Assembly: GCF_037042905.1 (NCBI RefSeq)
Contig: NC_087252.1
Location: 11,658,001 to 11,718,000 of the forward strand
Length of the DNA stretch: 60,000 nt
Reading direction: 5' to 3'
From: Lytechinus pictus
Taxonomy: Eukaryota
The position numbers were made by a program, and so were the translations under genes. How positions within the stretch are numbered: position 1 is the first letter of the stretch; every line of letters starts with the position of its first letter. The notes below the pieces were generated by a model. The model made no database searches. It was given only the letters and a program-made list of their open reading frames with translations, and had not been told where the DNA came from. Shown here piece by piece: positions 1-8,800 of the stretch.

Positions 1-478
1 ACATTCTGTCCAGTCATATTTAAAAACTTGCTACACAAAAAAGATACTTTGAGCAATAGCAGAGCTGCCATCTAGAACGTTTTTGGCGTATTTAGTACGT
101 TTTTGGCGTATTTAGTACGTTTTTGCAACCAAAATACGACAGTACGTTTTCTTTATAAAAAATACGATTTTGTTTAAAAAAAATAATGAAAAATAACACA
201 AATATGGCTATTGGATCAATGTAATTTCAGGTACAATCATTTTGTTAAAACCAGGGAGAGGTATGCACATGTTTCAATGTTTTTTTTTTCATCTGCAAGA
301 GCAGTGCGCATTTTAGCTTGCATGCAGCTTGAGCGTGCCGGCCATGCATTTTATTATGAAATACAGTTTTGGGGGGAAAATGCATTTTTTTTTTAATCAC
401 AAGAGTACAATTTTTCATTCCCAGAGGTTGGCAGATCTGCAACAGTTGCACCCACACTGAAATGCTTACATTGCCATG

Positions 479-621
479 CGCCAATGTTTGTGTTTGGTTT
501 GTTTGAAGCTACCATATGATTGTATAAATATTAGCCGGCATGTTCAGCCTAGGCCTTGTTGAATAAAGGTGTTCATTTTGCATCCCAATCTGATGTGGTA
601 ATTTCTCCCTCTTCATTGTCG
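479..621 (+). repeat. 5' LTR (143 bp)
   Basis: Identical to 5060-5202; contains TATAAATA (523-530) and AATAAA (562-567); termini CGCCAATG...CATTGTCG form a 7/8 inverted repeat. Confidence 0.92.
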
Positions 622-637
622 TGGTGTCAGCGCTAGG
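622..637 (+). promoter_or_regulatory. Primer-binding site, tRNA-Leu type
   Basis: TGGTGTCAGCGCTAGG directly abuts the 5' LTR; begins with TGG (complement of CCA) and resembles Leu PBS sequences TGGTGGCAGCGGTGGG / TGGTGTCAG recalled from memory. Confidence 0.7.
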
Positions 638-805
638 TTCGTTCCCTGCCACATAGGAATTTTTAGGCCAAAACTGGGTCACGCATCGACAGTTTAGGAC
701 TATAGCTGTAGTGATTTTTGCAATTTGAACTGGCTGATTCATCGCTCCATCAGCGTTAGCGACACACAGGTAACGCTTTGATAGCCTCACGTATAGTACG
801 ATACG

Positions 806-3460
806 ATGACGCAGTCAGCGGAAGCGCCCGCACAGTTGCGCAGGTTGAGTCGGTACGAGACTCCCGAATCCTTCCTAGAGTGGAAGCGTAGTTTAATGAT
901 GAATTTGTGTTCATATACTGATTTTTTGCCTTTTCTATCGGAGAGTATTTCATGGCAAAGGAAGTCGAAGGCAAATACCGTACGGGGTTTTGTTGACGAT
1001 TCCTTTGACGTTGCTGGCGGTAAGACAGCCGCTCAGAAAGTTGTGGTTTTGGAACTCATGCTGGGGCAAATTTCAGCTTCTTGCCCGATTATCGCCAGAG
1101 GTTCTATTGTAAATAAGTCCACTTCACTTGCAGACATATGGGATCTTGTTTGCATACATTTTGGTTTTGACAGACAAATGCTAGCTAATGACAATTACCA
1201 ATATCATGTCAGTCACACTCAAAGTCTTGATTGTTGTGAAGATGAGTTGAATGACAATGAATTGAGACATGCAGGACGTGAGAAAAATAATGTCAGTGAG
1301 TTGAGATGTGATGAAGGAAGTGATGAAAATAAACACGAAGACAACGTCAATGATAATGAGTTCAGATGTAATGATCGAATTAGAAGTGATCAGAATAAAC
1401 ATGAAGTCAATGTGTTCAGATGTGATGAAAGAAGTGTTGAAAATAAACTTGAAGACAATGTCAATGATAATGAGTTGAGATTCGTTGAAGGATGTGATGA
1501 AAATAAACACGAAGACAATGATATTGAGTTGAGATGTGATGAAGGAAGTGATGTAAATAAACATGAAGACAATGTCAATGATAATGAGTTGAGATGTGAT
1601 GTAGGAAGTGATGAAAATAAACATGAAGACAATGTTAATGATGAGTTGAGATCTGATGAAGGAAGTGATGAAAATAAACGTAAAGACAATGCCAAGGAGT
1701 TTAGCTTTGTACATGCAGACGAAGGTGGTATCCCCAGTTGTGATGTTGATGACGTTGCTTTGCGAGAAGATGGAAGAAGTAGTCATGACGTGTTTCATTA
1801 TGGTCGTAACATTGGAGTGACAGGTGATTGGAGTAGGCCTGTTCACACTAGCGATTCTTCGAGGTTTAGCGTTGAGTTAGATGGGTCTAGAGCTATATCG
1901 TCCGGAGATTTAGATTTAACCGACCTTGTAACACATTCTGTTAATCTTGATGGTTGCGCTGCTGAGTTGTCGGCAATGCATGTAGCTAATGATGATCATG
2001 GTTCTCACAATGATGTGGTATGTAATCCGGGTATTCCTACCGATGATGATTGTTTATCGGAGCCTGATCGTTTCCAAGGTCATGAACTCACTGTTGGACT
2101 GGGATGTGATCCCCCTTCACTTGATATGTTATCAGGCACTTGCACACTTGGTGCGAGTAAAGATCAGTTGAATTTCTGTGATGTTGTTGATAGCAATGTT
2201 CGCTATGTTGGTTCATCAGAGAGAGATGAAACGTGCAAAGACTTGTCAGTTATCCCTGGCAGTACTCCTGGTTTCCAGATTGTGCCAACTTCTACCTGCA
2301 TTGACGGGGCTGATAGGCTCTTGCGCTCTGATACACTGTTCACTCATCACACGCCCGAACAGTGCATGCACCATTCACATACAGGCACTCGTTTTCGATT
2401 CACACATTCGAACGATAGGCTAGCCGTTCTCGATCTCGCTATCGGCCAAACTAACAATACCTCTGTTCAGTTCGCATGTTCGAATGATAGAATAGCCGTT
2501 CTCGATCTCGCTCTCGGCCAAACTAACAATACCTCCGTTCGGTTCGCATGTTCGAATGATAGAATAGCCGTTCTCGATCTCGCTATCGGCCAAACTAACA
2601 ATACCCTCGTTCGGTTCGCATGTACGAATGATAGAATAGCCGGTCTCGCTATCAGCCAAGCGAGCAGTACCTCCGTTGACATGACAACACATCAACTGCG
2701 CCTGTATATGCTCGAGCCATCGTCTCACATTCAGTTATCTCCAGTTAACCCAACTAGAGCCATTGATCCAGGTGCTGATCGGAAGTTCACCATGGACTGC
2801 TTTGAGCAAAGTACCATCCCTGATCTACGTCGGGATCCACCACATTCTCTTCAGCTTGAGGATGCCCTGGTCCCCCAAGGACACCCCCCAGATGTCCATA
2901 TTTACCAGCATGGTGTTGTTCACTCCAGCTCTTTTGTGGTTGATGCCATAGCCACCACTGTCCAGGATGAGGAATTCCAATGTCCTCTAGACCGATACCA
3001 TGATGACTCCACCTACCAGCCTGTGAGGGATACCGCCTCTGATGTGATCCCCAGCCTGGGTACAGTTCTTATGAGTACCAACATCTCGGTTCCCATGGGT
3101 CGACCCCCCGACGTCCAACGTGTTCGCGATGTCTCCACTTCATGTACCAGTGGAACTGCCCGAGATTGTCATCACACCACCCTCAAGATGGGCCCTACTA
3201 CAGGAATTTTGATGGCCTCACTACGACTCGCCTATGAACTTTCGCGACCTTGGGTCCCCATGTCCGCTGCTCTATATGATCCTCGAGGTAACCCCTCATC
3301 GCTACTTGGTCTGCTTCGGAACAACACCTGTTGTCCAGACATAGGTCCAGACATAGGCCCAGACATAGGTCGCTTTGCTAGCTATGCGCCGGATATTAGC
3401 CCACCTCCCCCGGCCCCTCCACACCCCCAGCCTGTCCCCTGCATCAGTGTTTTTAGTTAG
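806..3460 (+). CDS. 884-aa retroelement ORF: Gag-like N-terminal domain followed by acidic and 24-aa repeat arrays and a Pro-rich tail; no RT/RNase H/integrase core recognised
   Basis: Uninterrupted ORF between PBS and PPT. The first ~120 aa (ETPESFLEWKRSL...DFLPFL...W.RKS...RGFVDD...TAAQKV..LELMLGQI...CPII.R..IV..STSL..IW.L...HFGF) resemble, from memory, the N-terminus of marine-invertebrate Gypsy-like polyproteins. No YxDD motif or D,D35E seen. Confidence 0.8.
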   Translation: MTQSAEAPAQLRRLSRYETPESFLEWKRSLMMNLCSYTDFLPFLSESISWQRKSKANTVRGFVDDSFDVAGGKTAAQKVVVLELMLGQISASCPIIARGSIVNKSTSLADIWDLVCIHFGFDRQMLANDNYQYHVSHTQSLDCCEDELNDNELRHAGREKNNVSELRCDEGSDENKHEDNVNDNEFRCNDRIRSDQNKHEVNVFRCDERSVENKLEDNVNDNELRFVEGCDENKHEDNDIELRCDEGSDVNKHEDNVNDNELRCDVGSDENKHEDNVNDELRSDEGSDENKRKDNAKEFSFVHADEGGIPSCDVDDVALREDGRSSHDVFHYGRNIGVTGDWSRPVHTSDSSRFSVELDGSRAISSGDLDLTDLVTHSVNLDGCAAELSAMHVANDDHGSHNDVVCNPGIPTDDDCLSEPDRFQGHELTVGLGCDPPSLDMLSGTCTLGASKDQLNFCDVVDSNVRYVGSSERDETCKDLSVIPGSTPGFQIVPTSTCIDGADRLLRSDTLFTHHTPEQCMHHSHTGTRFRFTHSNDRLAVLDLAIGQTNNTSVQFACSNDRIAVLDLALGQTNNTSVRFACSNDRIAVLDLAIGQTNNTLVRFACTNDRIAGLAISQASSTSVDMTTHQLRLYMLEPSSHIQLSPVNPTRAIDPGADRKFTMDCFEQSTIPDLRRDPPHSLQLEDALVPQGHPPDVHIYQHGVVHSSSFVVDAIATTVQDEEFQCPLDRYHDDSTYQPVRDTASDVIPSLGTVLMSTNISVPMGRPPDVQRVRDVSTSCTSGTARDCHHTTLKMGPTTGILMASLRLAYELSRPWVPMSAALYDPRGNPSSLLGLLRNNTCCPDIGPDIGPDIGRFASYAPDISPPPPAPPHPQPVPCISVFS
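1243..1695 (+). repeat. Coding tandem array, ~54-60 bp units (NELRCDEGSDENKHEDNVND), about 7-8 copies
   Basis: Recurrent gagttgagatgtgatgaaggaagtgatgaaaataaacatgaagacaatg units; the length variants keep the reading frame. Confidence 0.9.
2408..2678 (+). repeat. Coding tandem array, 72-bp units (SNDRIAVLDLAIGQTNNTSVRFAC), about 3.7 copies
   Basis: Unit starts at 2408, 2480, 2552 and 2624. Confidence 0.92.
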
Positions 3461-5028
3461 CAGCAGCCGGTCACGTCGCATTCTACGCCGCAAGAATTGT
3501 TGGACTATTTTTACTGTTTTCACTTGACCGCTGTTACTCTTTCTTCGAACATTCGCAGTTATTGACTATATTGATGGTGATTTATTCCTTGTCGATTTGT
3601 AATCTTTGTCTTTGTATATTTATGACAGTGTTTTTGTTGGTTTCTTTATCATGTTTAATGTTAATGCCATAACCACATGATCTTTTAGTATTTTAGACAT
3701 GTTTTAATCTTGTTCATTTTGATATCGTTTTTTATTTTTACCAGTTGGTGGTGCAGTGGGCCTCCAGTTGTACACATATAGTTTAATTTCTGTACAGTTA
3801 CTTATGTTGGTTATTTTTGTCATACATTTTGTTATTTTTTTTTACAATAGCCAAGGGTACTCATGTAAGTTTTTATTGGACTTAACACTGACCAGTGAAG
3901 TTGTGTAAAAAAAAATTGTAAATATTCCTTGAGTGAGATATTTTTGTTTGTTATGATTGTGCTATTGTTATTTTGGGATACTGATGTAAGCCGTAAGCTT
4001 ATTACATAATGGAATTTTATGCTATTGTTTTGTTTAATACTGATAGTTTAGATTTTAACTCTTGGTTTTTATTGTTGACAGGTTTATGTACATGAAGGCC
4101 TCATTTGTGATATTTCCAGTATATTTGATCGCACCTTTTCGCTCCATGGTGTAGCTGTTTTCATGTGCATAATTTGTGTTTATGCCTTTTAGATTTGGTT
4201 TTACTTGTTTTTTAGCTTGTATACGCCCTGTTACAGGTACCTGTTTTGTATTGTTCCTTACAATTATGATATACAGGTGGCACAACAGTGCATATCATAG
4301 TTAAGATGTGTTTAAGCTTGTTTACACGGTTTATCAGTGTAGGTCAAGTGGAAGAGAGAACTGTTTTTCACGACATGCCTGAATTTTACGGTTTTGAATT
4401 TTGGTTTATGGTTACTGTGTATAATTTGTTTTTATTAAGAAGGATAGTAATATGGATCATCATTTTTTTTAACTATTGGAAGGAATAACTTTTGATTCGG
4501 ATTTATTGGTTGACTATTGTGTTTACCTGTAATGGCACGCTGTTATGGAAATGTGAGTAGATATTGGTCAATTTAGAAATACCTTATAGATGTATTTTTT
4601 AAAGCATATGTTTGGCCTTTGTGTAATTTTTTTTGGTGGTCATGCACGGTAAGAAGTTGATGGACGAAGAAGCATTTGTATATTGGTTGTTGTAGGTATT
4701 GTTTGTTCATTTAACGTTAATGAACAGTTTACATGCCTTTAAACTTGCATATTTATATTAGCTATTGCCTTTTGTAGTATACTAGTCTAACTAGAGTTAT
4801 GCAGATACGTGTATTGTATTTTTTTACTTGATTGTGTAGGTTTGTTGTTTAACATGTTCATGCACATGCAGTGTTGTTACATACTAGTTTGTGCTTTTTA
4901 TGCAGATTTCTAGTGAAATACTTGAACTATTTTAGATACTCGAATCATGTGATTTGTAGGGTTGTTTAGTCCAGAATGTAGTGCTTGTAATTCGGTGCAG
5001 CACAGTGTTTGGGTAATTCGCTTTCCAT

Positions 5029-5052
5029 AGATGAAGATGGAAGAAAGAAGAA
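5029..5052 (+). promoter_or_regulatory. Polypurine tract
   Basis: agatgaagatggaagaaagaagaa (pure purine 5039-5052), 7 nt upstream of the 3' LTR. Confidence 0.8.
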
Positions 5053-5059
5053 TGTATTA

Positions 5060-5202
5060 CGCCAATGTTTGTGTTTGGTTTGTTTGAAGCTACCATATGA
5101 TTGTATAAATATTAGCCGGCATGTTCAGCCTAGGCCTTGTTGAATAAAGGTGTTCATTTTGCATCCCAATCTGATGTGGTAATTTCTCCCTCTTCATTGT
5201 CG
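5060..5202 (+). repeat. 3' LTR (143 bp)
   Basis: Identical to 479-621. Confidence 0.92.
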
Positions 5203-5610
5203 ATGCTCCTGGAAAACAATTCCCTGAAATTTTCAAGCAAGAATCCACATATAGGTTTTCTGGCATCTTCTGTTCATATGAATTTAAATTTGTCACATTA
5301 TTATTCAATAAAAACATCTAATGAATATGCTGTAATTTTGCTGTTACACATGTAAGTATGTACATTGTTACTGAATTCCGTCTTTTGATTGGTTGAGAGC
5401 AAATTTGTCATGAAATTGATAATGAATGTAATGTGAAATGAGGTCAGTTCATCAGATGATTGTTGTGATATTTGTACTCAGTAGTACTACTGAATTCCGC
5501 CATTTACATGTAATTGGTTGTGAGCAAATTTGTCATTAACTTAATAATCATGTTTTGTGAAATGAGGTCAGTTCATCAGATGATTGGTGTGATATTTGTA
5601 CTCCCAGTAG

Positions 5611-5859
5611 GTATCCGCCATCGGCTTGGAAGATGCTGTTATACCGGTCACACGCAGCCACCCTGCCACGCAAAACCGATTTATCTACACCCAAGATGGC
5701 CTCCATCGCCTCCCATCATCCCTCACCACCGTCCTCCAACGACAGGCCCCGTTTTCACAATCACTCTTATCCAGGTTGATCAGAGAACCATTCGCCGTCA
5801 AATGTAAAGAAGAGGATGAGACTATCCATGATTTCTTTTCGAGGAGACTCGGGAAAGAG
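5611..5859 (+). CDS. PPOX: PPOX exon (VSAIGLEDAV...RRLGKE)
   Basis: cccagtag acceptor, gag|gtaatt donor, 249 nt. Confidence 0.9.
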
Positions 5860-8800
5860 GTAATTTCATGAATTAAAATTTCTTTGACTTAAAATCGCGT
5901 TGAAGTTCCCAGTTCATGCTGTTGATAATGCATTGTGGCCTTAGTCAGGACATGCTCTCATTGATATGGGTCAAGGAGATTGCGTGTTAAATATTATGTG
6001 AATGTTGGAACTTAAACATGACACTTCGTGAAAAAGCCCTCTGATGATTCTAATATCATTTTCATAAATGTATAATGCCATGAAAATTGTAGTAAAGAGG
6101 TTCTTGAATAAATAAGGTATTTTATGTAAATTACAAAGAGACAATCTGTTCATCTGGACTGGCATTTATTTCCCACCAGTTCAGACGAGCTGGAGAAGCG
6201 TCCCGGATTGGACGTGAAACTGTTCTCTATTTCAATAACAGTAAATTATCCAGATGAATAGATTTATTTTTTCTTTGTAATTTGTATTTCTTCTTGAATG
6301 AATCAAAACGTACATCAGTTTAAGGTATTTTGTATCTTCATATGTATATTTTTATTATACATATTGTTTTAATCTAAACTATGAAAAAGCAGAAGAGAGT
6401 GGAAAAGAAAATGGCAGGAATTTCATTTGAGGATCACATTAAATGTTCAAGTAATTTGTTTACCGTAATTGAACATGCCTTTTTCATATTTCTATTTCAT
6501 ATGAAATGAATTTCAGGTAGCTAAATATCTTGCAAATCCATTCTGTCGGGGCATCTTTGCTGGAGACTCGAAGGAGCTGAGCATGAGGGCATGCTTCCCT
6601 GCAATATTTAATGCTGAGAGGAAATATGGTTCAATTATCATAGGAGGCCTAAGAGATAAACCAGGTGAGAGGGAATCCAACCTTGGTAAAGGAACAGAAT
6701 GATGTAAGTTTGGAACAAATCAGGCAAGAAATAAGAAAGATATGGCATTTTAAGTATTCATGTAACTGAATGTTATTTTTAAGACTTCTATAAACTTTTT
6801 CCTTGCCTGATTTGAAGAGTTGGGGGTAATTGTGGAATTATCATCATAACTTTGAATGTTTATGGATCTAGTTCCTGAAACTTGGACAGAAGAGCAATCA
6901 AGTATCCTTTAAAATGCTGTGCAAATTTCAGGTCACATGACCAAGGTCAAAGGTCATTTACGGTCAACGAACTGTGGTAATGTTGGGGGTATTTGTGGAA
7001 TTGTCATCATAACTTTAAAAGTTTATCGATGTAGTTCTGAAACTTGGACATAAGAGCAAATACGTATCCCTGAATCCTCTGCGTGTTTAAGGTCACATGA
7101 CCAAGGTCAAAAGTCATTTAAGGTCAATGAGCTTTTGCTGTGTTAGGGGTATTGGCGTTATAACTTAGAAAGTTTATGGATCTAGTTCACTTCATGAAAC
7201 ATAGACAAAGGGTAATCAAGTATGAATTATTGCTTTGCACACGTCTTAGGTCACATGATCATGGTCAATGTCATTTTCGGTCAATGGATATAGTATTTTA
7301 TTATCATAAGCATGTTTTCTTTTGCAAACGATTATTCATTAGCTGTTTTCAAAGTCAGCACTGCTACTTTATCAAATCGTGTAATGCAGGCGGGCGAGAC
7401 TGCCAGAGGCGTTCCACTTGTTTAGTCTCTTCTCGTCTTTGACAGGGCAACTATCCATTGGCACTCAATTTTTGTATTGCTTCGATCAGAAATAAAAACC
7501 AACCAAAAACCATGCAAATGAATAATGTCAGATGAATTAAGATGCCTTTTCTAGTCCCTTCACATCTTTGACGGGGCAACTATTCATTGGCACTTAGTGA
7601 TTTGTTGTTTTGCTTTGTTCAGAAATCTTTTAAAGGACGATGATATACAATTAGCATTTGTAACATTACATATTTATCATTTTGAAATGGTTTTATGTAG
7701 AATAAATTTAATATTGTGATTGGGAGAGATTTTCAATATTTCCCGTCAAATACAGAAAAATTCCCTGACATTGGGAGGAGCAGTATAGCCCAGAAAGCCA
7801 AAGAAGAGAAGTGGGCCACCTGGACAATGACCAATGGACTTGAAACATTACCAAACAGGCTTTCTGATTGGCTAATTGAGAATGGGGTCGAAGTTCAAAG
7901 GTCAAATCCATGTAGGAGGATCGAGTTCATTCAGCAGACTGATGCACGTGATACACAGAAGGTAAAAGTTTTCTTTTTTTGTACCAAATTACATGTATAT
8001 GGGGCGATTCGATTAACTACATGTACTGTCAGTTTTGAGAAATTCCCCCCCCCCCCAAAAAAAAAATAACATACCAGTCACAATTCTATTCATTACTACC
8101 AGTGCTCATTTCCTCTGAAAATGTTATATCTAGGGTTTAGTATCTGCTGGGAACCCACCCCTTCCTTCATTGGTTCCATTTATTGAACATTATTCTGTTT
8201 CTTACATTGTGTTTTATTATCTTTCCATCATATCTGTTACAGAGTGTCAGGCTTTTGACCGAGAACGGTGACGTCTGGGAGGCGGATCATGTCGTTTGTG
8301 CCACTTCTGCTCAAGGTATGAAGAAATTTTGAGTAATTCCACAAAATGATCAACCCTTCTACATGCAGATCCACTGTCATCTTTTCTCCATTTACCCCCC
8401 CCCCCCCATGAACTTCTAGGGCGGTAGAGATGTTGTGCCTCAGTGGATTATTTTCTGGACTTTGAACCACAAGGTCCAGGGTTCAAATCCCACTACAGCA
8501 CTGATTTTCTTTTGCATGGTATTTTATCCGCATTTGCCACCCAGGTATAGTAAATCTGTTGGAAGGTGAGAGTAGCTGTGCTAAAATGCAGGTGTAATAG
8601 CAAGCATTGCTTAGAAACATTGTATTAAGTGCATCATAGTTTGGCATACAGATATTTTCTCCATTTTTTTGTAGTCATTCATCATGAATTGCTATTTTCA
8701 TGATTGTGGTGGTATATATATGTGCAGAGATCCTGAAGAGTTCAGATACAGCGGTAATGGTTTGTGATGAAATTGTTAACATATGGTGCAATACTAGTAT

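Larger units (their letters stand above)
479..5202 (+). mobile_element. Non-autonomous LTR retrotransposon (Gypsy/Troyka-like) with identical 143-bp LTRs and 3-bp ATG target-site duplication
   Basis: Direct repeats 479-621 and 5060-5202 are identical base for base; ATG flanks both sides (476-478, 5203-5205); PBS-like TGGTGTCAGCG follows the left repeat; purine tract precedes the right repeat; single long ORF inside. Confidence 0.9.

Noticed and set aside
77..130. 20-bp tandem repeat acgtttttggcgtatttagt
   Set aside because: About 2.5 copies, probably a subterminal repeat of a transposon fragment; no further structure supportable.
509..790. Minus-strand ORFs 509-790 and 5090-5317 sharing a C-terminus
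   Set aside because: The shared peptide simply reflects the identical LTRs.
1181..1846. 221-aa and 101-aa minus-strand ORFs
   Set aside because: Antisense shadows of the acidic coding repeat.
2408..2678. 72-bp repeats as a CRISPR array
   Set aside because: Units are contiguous with no unique spacers, are in frame within an ORF, and the context is eukaryotic with no cas genes.
479..5202. DIRS/Ngaro tyrosine-recombinase element
   Set aside because: Only one simple pair of direct repeats with PBS and PPT; no split repeats, internal complementary region or recombinase motifs seen.
8425..8500. tRNA gene
   Set aside because: A/B-box-like motifs but no convincing cloverleaf; continues into a SINE body.
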